DNA of 64,000 nt from positions 57,350,001 to 57,414,000 of the forward strand of contig CM060731.1 of NCBI GenBank assembly GCA_030704615.1, written 5' to 3'. Within the stretch, counting starts at the first letter, position 1. Every line of letters begins with the position of its first letter. The notes below the pieces were generated by a model. That model was not told the origin of the DNA. It did no database searches and was given only the letters and a program-made list of their open reading frames with translations. The translations under genes and the position numbers were made by a program. The DNA is from Takakia lepidozioides (Eukaryota > Plantae > Bryophyta). Below, one piece after another: positions 13,273-25,232 of this stretch.

Positions 13273-14834
13273 AAGGATGTTTTCTTGGAAAGATGCGAGT
13301 GTCTTGCTTCATTCATTGATCTGTGTAGCTACTCAGATCATCCACCATTTCCTGAGAGTATTGACCATGATGTACTGTTGATTGCATTTCCTGTGGCATA
13401 TCCAGGGGAAATGATAGTGGGGTCTACCCGGCATAGGTGGGAAGTCAGCCCATAATTGGTTTGGGTGGTGGAGCTTCTCCAAAGCTGGAAGATGGAAGTG
13501 AATACGTATGTTGATGAGCTTGATTAGAGGGGCAGCCCTGTGCACAAGTTTGTTCAGCATCTTAAATTTGCACATGTTTGTTTGTTTCTTGTGGTGTGGC
13601 TTTGGATGGAGCCCTTGACGAATTTGCATGGATATTGTCAAAAGCTAGCCTTAACCCACCAAGGTCCAATCCCATGGTGGCTGCTTGAAAGTTCATATAG
13701 TGATTGTAAGGGTATTTGGGTATGTTGTTATTGATTGATGCGGCTAGACTCCCTCACACTATAACATCGGTTTGTGCATGTTGGAGTTCAAGGTTGGGGG
13801 ACAGAGGCCACCCACTTGAGAACACAATTGCTACAGTTGGAGACCAGATTTGGGAGCATGTATGAAACAACTATGCATAGTTTCATGCAACAATAAGTGA
13901 TACTGCCAGTGTCCACCAATGCAGGTCTCTATTGCTGGTGTGACTCCCAGTGTTCTTAGTAACACTTGAGCTGCCAATCTCAAACAAGCCAGAAAACTCT
14001 CCTGAAATCCCCTTCAAGAAAAGTGAGGTCTTTTTCTCTTGCTTCCAGTAACCGACCAACATCCCAAAATTGAAGCTTTTGGTCCGTCATGTTGGTTCAA
14101 TTAATATCAAGAAAATTACACCCAATGAAGGGATAATTTATGTGAATAATGAGAGGAAGATATACTTACTACTCCTCCTTTGGCTGTGAGGGCACAGTCA
14201 TTAGAAGGATTTGTAGCGAGCCGTGCAGCGATGCTCAATTGTTGCGCAAAGGGTTGGGATTCTCGTTTTCTCGCATGCAAGTTTTGGGATAAAGTAAGCA
14301 TATAGGAATAATGCCTCTCAAGTTTGTGGGGGCCTATCCATTAGATGATGGTCCAGGTTTCAAAAAGGGGGATATACTCGGGGGCTCTATCCATTCGAGG
14401 ATGGTCCAAGAATTAAAAAAGGGGGATATACTCTGCGAGTTTCTGAAACTTATGAAGCATGTGGTAAGTGGCATGGGCCCCACATGGCTATTGGATGTGG
14501 GGGAAAACGTTGTAGAATAGAATGTAAGACTCATAAGACGTTGTTTGCCGTAGCCATGTGGCCATTGACCCCGCGCCCAGTTTGAGCGGAACACAACGGG
14601 GCAGAACCTACCTCTGTCAGGTGCTGACGTTGGTAGTAAGACTTACCTTGGTACAAAACATTGATCCGGGTAGAACGATGTGGAATAGAGAACGTTCTAG
14701 AGGGAGCACGTTCTAGAGGGAGCCGGGAAAGTGTTTCGGTAGTCGCGCATGAATTGTACCTGCGTAAGAGGAGCGTAGTGGAGAGTACGAGAGGCTGCAG
14801 AGGTGAAGAGGAGGGGCCAACATGGAGGCGATAA

Positions 14835-15110
14835 AAAACCGTGTGTGTTTGACGCCATCAAATATTTTCGAATGAGCCTTCATCTATCATCTTCCGGTAT
14901 GGGAAGCAATTAATAGGTACATTCTCAGGTTGTCTGTTAGCGATGCTAAAATCGACAAAATTTTATGCATCGGGTACGTTTTTGCGGAAGGGTATGAATC
15001 TGGGCACGTGTGAAGCTTTATGGCGAACAATGTTGATGCCAAAAAGAACCACCATGGAAATAGTGAATGATATCTTTTTTCATGATGACGTGAAGCGGGG
15101 TCCATGGTTT
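14835..15110 (+). pseudogene. Replitron transposase relic (C-terminal part)
   Basis: VCLTPSNIFE*AFIY ... LLAMLKSTKFYASG...GMNLGTCEALWRTMLMPKRTTMEIVNDIFF, between the same flanks that surround the HUH relic at 2.6 kb. Confidence 0.55.
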
Positions 15111-16082
15111 TTTGATGAGGAATCATGAATAGAAAAGCCCCTAGATCTCAATGCCGCATATGTTGATCGTTTTAGCAAAGTAGTTATTAATCAGGAACTG
15201 TACATTTCTATGTATTACGGACCTATGAACGCTGATGTTTGTATTGCTTGACCTATGCTACTGAATTTTCCGTGTAAAATTACCTCTCTATTGCACAGCT
15301 GCTTGTATAGTAAGCTACACAAGGATTTGAAGAAAGAATCGTTGTGTAAGGGGATAAGAAAAAAGACAGTAGGAAGGCGACAACTATTAAATGGGAGATG
15401 GTTAGGCGCCGAATCGCGGTAAGCAGAGTACAGGTGTCATGTGGTGGTTGCTAGGGGTGACATGTGGGGGGCAACCTTCTAGAAGGATCCCCTACCATTT
15501 AAAGGGGTCCGGCCCACCGCCCTAAAAGGGTATATAAAGGAGAAGAAGCGCGCTCTCTTCCACTGTCTTACTACTTACTAAGTTAGTACTAATTATTTAC
15601 TACTTAGTATTACTAATTAAATTAGTACTTAGTACCTATTTTAGTGGGCTCTGCAAACGCAGGGCCTGCAAAACATGAACCATACATGTATTCGTTAATA
15701 GAATAGCTGGTTGAGATGAATCAAGCCCCTTAGGGATAAAGCTGCAGTTTGTGTTTAAAATAGTTGATGGTTCTTATGCGCTAAAGGAATGAGCGGTGAC
15801 TGAAGCATGATGAGAAAGAAGGGTAGTTATAGACTTAACATCGTTGAACATGGTGTAGCTCAGTGAGGGATGGCAAAGTGCAAGTGCTTGGACGCGTGGC
15901 CTACACGGGATGATATTTCGCGCAATCATGCACAAATGAACAGGGAGTCACTTAGGGGATGAAGCATGTGTTAAATGAAAGTCGGGTGTGGCCGCTAATG
16001 TCGTTTTCTCTTCTACTGCAGCGGCATGATGTGGTCGCATTGGACTGACGGGGTGAGTGACACTGTTTAGTTCTCGTGGTGG

Positions 16083-16335
16083 CACTACTACGTTTAGGGG
16101 GGGTTAGCGACGCCGGGATCCTGGGCGCGCCGGACGTGCCGACGACCCTGCGACTGTAGCGTCGCGCAGGCGCCCGGTCCGGGAATTGCAACGTCGGGGT
16201 GTCGCAACGCCGGTGCTCGGACCCGCTAGCGTTGGGGGGTTGCGACGCCCCCGGGATGCTGCGACGCCAGGGAATCGCAACGAGGTGTCGCAGCCCCATC
16301 GACGCTTTGGCGACGGCGGGGAATGGCAATGCCCG

Positions 16336-16368
<33 letters not shown>

Positions 16369-17141
16369 GTTATATATATATATATTTAAATAAATTTATT
16401 CCTCGCCGTCGCAAAAGCGTCGCTGGGGCTGCGACACTCCGTTGCGATTCCCCGACATCGCAGCATCCTGGGGGCGTCGCAGAAAATTGGTTCTGGGAGT
16501 GGTTCTGGGAGTAGATTGTAGAGCATAATGGGCTTGACATCCTTAGACTATAGCCATTGTCCAACAATAAGTTTCAATGCAGCTTTGAAAAACTTAGGCC
16601 CTTGATAGATATTTGTTTTTGAAGAACTCTGGGAACAAGTCTCGGTGTATAATGTGGAGATCATAGGTTCAAGTATGCATTGTCTAATATATGTAGAACA
16701 ATGTATGAACTGTCATTGGACAAAACCGGAGTCAATGGTCAACGCCGAGTCAATGGTCAACTAGTTTTTGAGATTCAAATTTCAAATTCAAATTCAAATT
16801 TTCCCACCTAAATTCAAATGTATTCCCCTAAACTGCGATGTCTGCGACCCCCGGACATCACTAATGCGGTATAGCAGAGAAAATAGTTTTTTTTTTTTTT
16901 GGCAATGCTCGGACGTCGCAAGTCACGTCGGCGCCGCGGCCGGGGGGGTCCTGGGGGGTTTGCGATTCCCCGACGACGCTAATTAGCGACGTTCCAGGAG
17001 CGTTGTCTCTGCGACTTCCCGACATTGTAAAATGCCCCCGGCACGCCCCGGGTGCCGTAGAGTATTTCCGTCGCTAATCGTGGCGGTTGGAGATCGCTGG
17101 GGCATCGCTAAAACCCCCCCCCCCCCCCAAATGTTGTAGTG
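16083..17141. mobile_element. Non-autonomous CACTA element
   Basis: TIRs CACTACTACGTTTAGGGGG / CCCCCAAATGTTGTAGTG, 3-bp TSD TGG (16080-82, 17142-44), many GCGACG/CGTCGC subterminal repeats. Confidence 0.9.
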
Positions 17142-17411
17142 TGGGAAGAGTAGAGCCCCCAATTTACCTTATAAGATCAACGTCAAGAACTCTGGGGATT
17201 CTCAATTCATCACTAGCCTTCCATCCAAAGCACTAGGATAAGTTGGCTATGACCAAACAGACGACCAATCCTCTATGACTCAACAGTACAAAAATGCACT
17301 CAACAGTACAGCATGGTCAATACTCTCAGGAAATGGTGGATGATCTGAGTAGCTACACAAATCAATGAATGAAGCAAGACACTCGTATCTTTTCAAGAAA
17401 ACATTCTTTCA

Positions 17412-17683
17412 CTAGTAATCCCCACAAGAACAAATCATATCTTCAAAGTGGTGAAAGCGGTTAGCGTCTCGTACAACAATTGCTCGACCAACAATCTTTG
17501 AGATGAATTTGGTGGAGGTGTGGCAGTCACCACACACTCGAAGATTCTTGACGAGATGGAGAGACATCCTAGGGGTTGTGCTGATGAGCCCAAAACCAAT
17601 GGCCAACTTCTTCACTGTGGTGGCAAAGAGAAAATTCAGTTTGCTCCTCCCCCACATCATGCAATACAAAGCGTGTGTCAGGT
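17412..17683 (-). pseudogene. 5'-truncated DYW-domain fragment of the same PPR family, with its 3' flank (17290-17411)
   Basis: [25 protein letters not shown] / KLAIGFG...CGDCH...CSCGDY*; frameshift in HSEK; terminal TGG changed to TAG. Confidence 0.9.
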
Positions 17684-19564
17684 ACTCCGGAAAATATCTC
17701 CGAAAGCGTGAACCTACCCTCACCCTGCTTCTGCATGTGCAGCACACCTCTCTCATCTTCATACCCCCAGCCCTCCCTGCACACCTTGACCAGCTACTTG
17801 TACGCAATAGTAGCATGAAGGTTACCATCTACCCCCCCCCCCCCCCCCCAATAGCTCACACAACCCTGCTCCTAACCCATTCCCTAAGATTAACCCGAGC
17901 AAGGCTTGGAAGAATGCGCAACCGCGTCCCTTCCCAGCCCCCACACACGCACTCTGCACCCCCCAATTGAGCTCCCAAACTTTGCCCCTCAAATACACCC
18001 CACCCAATTCCCATTATACCGACGGATCCCTCACCGCCTCTACAGCCGGATACGGAGTTTACCATGTTGCTACTAACCAAGGCGTCGCCTTTAGATTTCC
18101 AAACCCCCCCACCATGGCCAATTTCAAAGCACTCTCCTAGTTGTCATCATTCTCTCCCCCACTATATATCTTCATGGATAGCCTTACCTCACTCTTCCTT
18201 AACAAAGAAAACATCTTCTTTCATGATAGGCATTGTCAAGTTATTTTACCACTAGTGTGAAACTAGCTAGGAAATAGCTAGTTTTTACATATTGACATTT
18301 GGGATTGGCCCAAGTGTCAATCCAGGGGTCAAGGCAGATTTAGGCCCCAGAGTGGTTATCTTCACGGCAAGCGCGGAAGGCTCATCTTTCTCGAGTTGAG
18401 CCTCACCGCGCCTAGCTATGGCGCCGTAATGTGGATTCCCCATGGCGTGGGGTGCACTTGGCTTGACTTGTATTTGGGTGATGAGGTTATATATGCATGA
18501 GTTTATGCTTCAGCTTTGTGAGTTCGCATGAGCTTGTGCTTGTATTCTTCTTCTTTATCACTCGAGAAAGATGAGCTCGTATTTGTGAGTGTCAGATACG
18601 AGTTAGTTGTAGCACTTGTGGGTTTTGCTAGAGAATGAGAGAAACCAGGTTGTTATGCAAGGAGCAGCGTGGAGCTCTTGGTTGTTAGAAGCGGAGGCGA
18701 TGTGGGTTACGAGGTGGTAGACCTTGGCATTATATCTTCAGCTTCAGAGATGACAACACCATGCTGCAGGTAATTCCAGAGCACCTTGATGGTTTCAGAT
18801 TGTGTACATGCATGAGCAAGCACGATTGGGAAGAGGACCAGTCAAGAGCAGGTTAGAGTGGCTTTGGTGGCAAAGCTGAGAACTGGACTTGGAAATGCGA
18901 GCTTTCATTGTGTGAAAGATTGCAAGACCAAGCGAAAGGGCTGATTTGGCTTGGGGCAAATCAGTGCACTTTGTGGAGTATGTTGAGATTGGGTTTCAAT
19001 CTCGAGCTTCAGCATTGAGAGGGCTCTTGTCATGGCAAGAGCAGGGCTAGAACAAGAGCTAAGAGGTGCGGCAAGGCCATGGAATGTGCACCTAGGGTTT
19101 CAAAGCTTGGAAGAAGAGCTCTTGCACCACAAGAGGAGTGTCTTGTGGCTGGAAATGTAAGCCTTAGGGTTTCAGGAGCTTGGCAAAGGCTGTGGAGTGC
19201 TTAGTCTTATCTTAGAGAACATCAAGGAGCCAATGCGCCAAGATAGGGGGCTGATACCCCTTGTGTGAAGCCCGGGGGGTGCACTCTTTATAAACTGTGC
19301 ATATCACGTGCGTTCGTCGCCTAATAAAAAAAACCCCTGTATACGGGTCCTTGGATAATTTATACCCCCTCTGTACATACTTTTTGAAGATTATAAAATC
19401 CCCTCCTGTAAATATACAAAAATTTACAATTTTTGGAAAGTACCCCCTTCTGTATGTATATTCTCATTTTTCATCATTAAAAATAACCCTCCAATATGTA
19501 TATGTATGTTTTTATATTATATCGAATTTATTCATTTAAAACATAATAAAATCTAACAAATTAA

Positions 19565-20601
19565 TTAAAAAAAATATTTGCCTTTGATAAAGTTGTCAAA
19601 GACTTTTCGGTCATTTGCATCAAGAACATATGTGTTTGACTTGACATTGTACTTTAAACATGCTAACGCGATAATGGAATCCAAATCAACCATCATGTTA
19701 TCTGTCAAATCGTACGTATAGACCCCTCCTCGAATTTTTTGGTACCATGCTAACCCAATCTCCATATGAGAAGGACGCTCCAATAAATCAACAGAATCCC
19801 TACATTCTACAAATCGCTTATTGATTTTCTTCCGCATTCTTTGAACCCTGCCCAAATACCAAGTGCCTTTGGTTGCTCCTCTGCAGGTTTTCCCTGGTCT
19901 ACCTTTCCTGTTTGTAGTTTGGATCGCAGTCTCCCCATCAATTGCACATGCATCATATGGTTTGTTTTTCCCAGACCGTGCATAAACATCCTCACACTCA
20001 ACACACCATATGTGGAACATTGCTTGTCCTTGTTGATCCTTTGTCATCAGCTCAAACTTGTCACATCGTCCTTCTGCAGAGATTTTCCTTTCAACGGCTC
20101 TAATCTCTTTCTGCCATTTTTGAATATCGTTGGATGTAGCCAACGTGCTGCACAATCTACCAGATCTCTGCTGAAGTGCATGCTCATGTGCATGGTCTTC
20201 ATTTCCACCATCGCCAGCAAAGGGTGTATCAGGGTCCATCCTCATCTTGGTAGACACTGGTGCCGGGTCCTCGCCTGGTCTGTCCTCATGCAAGATCGTA
20301 GAACCACTGGAAGATAGAGGTTTTTTCAATCCTTGGTCCCCATCGTTTTGGTCTGAAATCTTAATGTGTACAGTATCCCCTTTCAGAACCATCCTCTCTT
20401 CTTGCTTGGCTGAAATGACACTACCCCCCATGGAAATGAAATGAAATTTTGCTGAGACAAGCTCATCACCTATAATTTCTGCTCGGATGCATTTGTATGT
20501 GACACCTTGCATAGTGAACACAGAACCAAGCCTGTTTGGTGATGCATCTCCTCCAACGAGCAGGACTTTTACTTCCAACTCTTCTTCCATGATGAGTTCA
20601 C
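19565..20601 (-). CDS. Uncharacterised ~345-codon open exon inside the TIR element
   Basis: Stop-free; starts at acceptor TTTTGCAG|GT; contains WCVEC and WYLGRVQRMRKK segments; no family recognised with confidence. Confidence 0.5.
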
Positions 20602-20760
20602 CTGCAAAATGCAATGAAAACATTTCAAATCAGACCTTGATAGACCAATAACAAAGCACCCGGGTTGGAAGGTTCCAAAGTCCTATTTTATACAACCCTA
20701 TAGGCTGTCCAAGCAGGGACTACGTTGATAAGAGGATGAAATGTATACAGAAGCAAGTAC

Positions 20761-21408
20761 CTGATTAATGAGTTTGACGTTGCTAATTCTTGCTGCAGCT
20801 ATTGACCAAATGCTGCTACTTCCACTGTTAGTAGCCCTCTTGGGTGATCCTGAACCCACAGTCCATCCTTGCATCAGCGGCTACCCCTCCCTCCACACTA
20901 ACATATTTAAATACAAAGTTCTGTCAAACTCCCTACGATGTTGCATGAAGAAAGCTCACCTTGTTGACAATATTGTCCCACCGTTGTGGATCATATTTAT
21001 AGAACTCCTGCCAGCGCTGTTCCTTGCTCCAAATCTGGCCCTCTTGGATGATTTTGCACCCACGATCCTCTCCCTGCATCAACAGCTACCCCTCCCTGTC
21101 ATGCTGCCATCTCGGCCCTAAACTTGCAAAGTCACTCCAACGCACCGCAAATCCACCCAACGAGCTAACTTACAGAATTCAATACATATGCTTCAGGGCT
21201 GAGGAGGATGAGAGGAAAAACAGGCTGAAACAGGTCAAACCAGAAGGTGCCCTTAGGCTGAAATGTGTTGAAGAAGGTACCTTCATCAGCAATGCCTTGC
21301 TCTATCAATTGCGCTGTTGCCGCTGCAGTTTCCAGTTGACCATCCACCCACATTGTCCCACCATTGACTGGGGGCAGAATAGTGTTAGATTCCAAAGCTT
21401 CTCTTCAT
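20761..21408 (-). pseudogene. Decayed OSB-type PDF-motif exon cassette
   Basis: DEEKLWN..SQWWDN / WVDGQLETAAATAQLIEQGIADEG|GT; QRWQEFYKYDPQRWDNIVNK|GT; AG|DHPRG; homologous to the exons upstream of the PPR genes. Confidence 0.75.
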
Positions 21409-22960
21409 GTTTGTGGTGCTATTGCAAGGTGACTTCAATGCGCAAGTGGGCAAAGGGCTCCATCAGGACGATATCATTGGGTCTTCTGGTGAGGACGAGC
21501 TGAATTCTAATGGCAGACGGTTAATTAACTGTCTGGAAGAGCTTCAGCTTTTGACCTTGAATAACAAGACAAGAGGTGACCAAGTGCAGTGGACTCGTGA
21601 GAAATCCCAAACTGGGGAACGTTCCATTGTGGACTATATCATAATGGACAAAAATTTGTTCCCCGAGTGTTTCTCTTTGATGATCGACAGAACTGATATT
21701 GGTACCTCTGACCACTTCCTGGTTTGGACTGAGATCAAAAGGTGTTTTCCCAACACCAGAATAGAAGAGATTCTCAAGGACCTGGACCTGGATCCGCAAG
21801 TCTTGACCCTGCTGGATAAATCCGACTTAGAGGCTGTAGTGTCCAAAGCCATGTCTGTTGCCATGAGATTGTCTGATGAAAATGAAGTTAGGCAGAAAAC
21901 TTCCCTGAACTTGTTTCTAGTCAGTGACATGGGGGAGGACATCTTGGATGACCTCAAGGGTCCACCCACTCTCGGCACTAGACTGAAATTTAAACTGAGG
22001 GAAGGAAGCCTACCTTTGAACAGCAAACAGAAGCAGAGAAGAAAGGGGGAGTGCACTTCCCATTGTGTGGGCAATCTGAAGACAATATTCATTTTCTGAT
22101 ACACTGTCTGGGGTTCTCTCACCAAATGGGCAAAGCTCTGGGGCTCACTAAATTTTCCACTGCACAGGGGTCAACTCTGAGGTTAAGAAAACCATGCTTT
22201 CTCGCGTTATTAGACCTGTCTTGGAGTACGGATCTGCTATATGGGTTGATAACTCCAACCAGGCTAAGTCTCTAGAATCCATTCAAGTGGGGGCGCTTAA
22301 GGAGTGTATGTCAGCATGCTCCAAAACAGCCAATGTGGCTGTTCGGGGTGAGTTTGGCATTCCATCCTTAAGCTCCCGACGAAATGAAATCAAGGTCAGA
22401 TGGTGGGGTCAGCTGCAACATATGCCCAACACCAGATATCCTAAGTTAATCGACTCTATATCTTGGAAACCCTAAACCCTGTCAAACAGGCGAAGTCCTG
22501 GCAGAAGAGTGTAGAAAAGATTCTCAAGGACCTTGACCTGGATCCGCAAGTCTTGACCCTGTTGGATAAATCTGACTTAGAGACTGTAGTGTCTGAAGCC
22601 ATGTCTGTTGCCATGAGATTGTCTGATGAAAATGAAGTTAGGCAGAGAACTTCCCTGAACTTGTTCCAGTCAGTGACATGGGGGTGGACATCTTGGATGA
22701 CCTCAAGGGTCTACCCACTCTCTGCACTAGACTGAAATTTAAACTCAGGGCAGGAAGCCTACCTTTGAACAACAAACAGAAGCAGAGAGGAAAGGGAGAG
22801 TGCAATTGTCCGTTGTGTGGGCAACCTGAAGACAATATTCGTTTTCTGATACACTGTCCGGGGTTCTCTCACCAAAGAGACGCTCTCTTCAATTCTATCA
22901 AGGGAATTGTGCCTATACCCCTGTTTACCAACTTTGAAAGTCTCGAGGCTGAGGATAGGT
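21409..22960 (+). mobile_element. Rearranged LINE fragment (APE endonuclease plus duplicated ORF2 C-terminus)
   Basis: LQGDFNAQVG..NSNGRRL..SIVDYII..SDHFLV; IRPVLEYGSAIW; CPLCG..H..C zinc finger present twice; RT core absent. Confidence 0.85.
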
Positions 22961-23641
22961 GGAGAGGCGCAGAGGAACAGAACGAAAGAAAAGCAATCAG
23001 TTTGGACATACCTGAATCAAAACCCAAACCCGATGACCAAACTTAGGACCAGTAGGTGCTACCAGACGCCAATGAGATATAACGACCAGGTTTCTCAGGA
23101 GCCACAAGATGAACTGAAGCTTCTGTCTCAGCCTCCGGAGCCAGGCCTTGTTGAGTATGCTTAGGCCATGGAAGGGTGCCACTATTCCGCAAACGCCAAA
23201 TCTTGGTAGAATGCGATTGTACTTCACAATGGCTGCATGAAGCTCAAAGATCTTATGGGATAAGAGGAAAAAAGAAACAAGAAAGAGAGGGGGTCACAAA
23301 GCTCATGGCATGCTAAGACCATGCTGACACGAAAGGGGTGCGGGGGAGGAGGGAAAAGAGAGCCCGCGGGAGACAGATCGCGGGGAGAAAAAAAAAAAAC
23401 AAAAAAACAAAAAAACATTGCATCGCGATTTGATCCCGCGATGTGTCATGCCACATTCTACGCCCTTACCACTAGACTACTCCTAAAACTTAGTAACCCC
23501 CTCCTGTAAGATTATATTTAAGGTGATATAAACCCCCCTCTATATGTATAATGTTGTACATGGAGGGGTTTAAAATACCCCCTCCTGTGCACGCACGTGG
23601 TTGGTACATATTGGCTGGAGTGCACCCCCCGGGGTGTGAAG

Positions 23642-24000
23642 GGGTTGCATGTGTGGAGCATGTATTCAGCTCATTGAAGCTTCCATCTTCAAGCTTGGAA
23701 GGCAAGCAAGGAAGAGGGAAGGGCCAACTTCCCTTATGTGAGGGCAATGCATGTGTGGAGCATGCTTTCAGCCTGTTGAAGGCTTGTGCTTTCAGGTTTG
23801 GGAGTGCAAGAAAGGAAGGAAGGGGCTGGTTTCCTTGAAGGGCATGTGTGGAGCATGCTTTCAGCCCGCTGAAGCTTGTATTTTCAGGTTTGTGGGTGCA
23901 AGAAATGAAGCAAAGGGGCTGATTCTCTTATGGTGAGAGTGGGGCATGTGTGGAGCATGCCTTCAGCCCATTGAGGCTCTTGTTTTCAAGCATTAGAGAG
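23642..24000. repeat. Four degenerate GCATGTGTGGAGCATG-cored tandem units (~95-100 bp) upstream of gag
   Basis: Core recurs at ~23647, 23749, 23842, 23944. Confidence 0.7.
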
Positions 24001-24449
24001 CTAGAATGGAAGGGCTAGGGCTGGTTCCCATTTGGGCATATGTGAGGTGGGGTTTCAACCTCAAGCCTAGATAGAGCATGGCTCTTGAAGTGGCAGGTGT
24101 AGGGGGCTGGAATAGGCTCTAAGACAGATGCTATGGCCAAGGAAAACGCTTGAATGAGTGCTCACAAGGGCTGGAAACCAGCAAGGCTTGGTTGTTTGCC
24201 ATTGAGTTTAGTGGCGTGTTTGGGGAGTCTAAGTGAGAAAGAAGGCTGGGTTTGTGGCAACCATCTTCCTCGTGGCTTAGGGCTACTATTGGTGGTGTGT
24301 GGGAGCCAAAAGAGCAAGAATACCTTGTTGATTTCTTCATAGCCGCCATAGCTCGGTGCAAAGAAGCCTAGAGTCCAAGAGACACAAACCCTAGGTTGGC
24401 GTGGCTAAACCCTTGGAGAAATGGCTAAACTGCCATGAGTGGTCATGGA

Positions 24450-24730
24450 TGGGGCTGTGAGGGGCTGTGACAGGCTGTGACATGTGGCCTTTGGGGCTGT
24501 GACGGGCTGTGATAGGCTATGGCCTGTGGGGCTGTGACCCTGTGACCTGTGTAGGGCTGTGACAGGTTGTGAACTGTGGCTTTTGGGGCTGTGACGGGCT
24601 GTGACAGGCTATGGCCTGTGTGGGGCTATGACGGTTGTGACCAGTGATCTGTGTGGGCCTGTGCTGGTTTGTGGTGGCCCGTGTTGACCTGTGGACGGCC
24701 TGTGCTGACTCGTGGAGGCACTGGTGGACT
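24450..24730 (+). repeat. ~10-bp GGCTGTGAC minisatellite
   Basis: GGGGCTGTGA/CAGGCTGTGA/CGGGCTGTGA repeated with ~10-bp period. Confidence 0.8.
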
Positions 24731-25232
24731 GCCTAAGGACTGGCATGTGGTCTTGAAGGCCAAATTTTGAAGCTGCGGAGGGCGGTTTGAGGAGTATTTT
24801 CATGATATTCCCATGGTCATGCAAGTGAGGGAAGAGATGAGAAGAAGAGTGTTGGGATGAGGGCATGCTGGGGTTAGGCATTGCTTTAGCTTCTCTTCCT
24901 CGTAGTTTTTCACCCTCTCATTAGGCCAAGACCTTTCTGTAGGTGGAGGCAAGAGTCAGTCCGGGTTTGGGCTGGGGTGTCATTGCAGGATCCCCTCCAT
25001 GCCTACATGCTTGACTGTGCGCCATGTTAGTTTTGTGTGGGCGCTTGTTTTTATAAGTGATTGGTCCGGATTTGATCACCGGCCAGTCCTAGAGCATGCT
25101 GTCGATGGTGAGGCTGGGGTGATGACCAGTCAAACCATCATTGTTTCTCATGTAGTGAGGTTGGAGGTGATGACTAGCCAACCATAGGAATGTTTGCGGT
25201 GGATGTTTGAGTGACAATTTGTCAACACGGAG

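Larger units (their letters stand above)
2511..15253. repeat. Large imperfect inverted duplication (arms ~2511-9026 and ~9448-15253)
   Basis: Arms are reverse complements over the PDF exons, PPR-DYW, 3' flank and Replitron ends (GGTCAAGCAATATAAACATCAGCGTTCA vs TGAACGCTGATGTTTGTATTGCTTGACC); ~420-bp spacer. Confidence 0.9.
19271..23633. mobile_element. Pack-type TIR DNA transposon (superfamily undetermined; 8-bp TSD)
   Basis: Perfect 16-bp TIRs CCCGGGGGGTGCACTC (19271-86) / GAGTGCACCCCCCGGG (23618-33); TSD GTGTGAAG at 19263-70 and 23634-41; CCCCTCCTGT subterminal repeats at both ends. Confidence 0.9.

Noticed and set aside
15400-15950. Solo LTR (TATA box, AT-rich palindromic tract)
   Set aside because: No convincing TG...CA ends or TSD identified.
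15952-16567. Poly-Lys and GC-rich ORFs
   Set aside because: Arise from poly(A) and subterminal repeats of the CACTA element.
18250-25230. 5' LTR matching the sequence at 32105 onward
   Set aside because: No direct repeat found; the region is probably retroelement leader but its boundary is unresolved.
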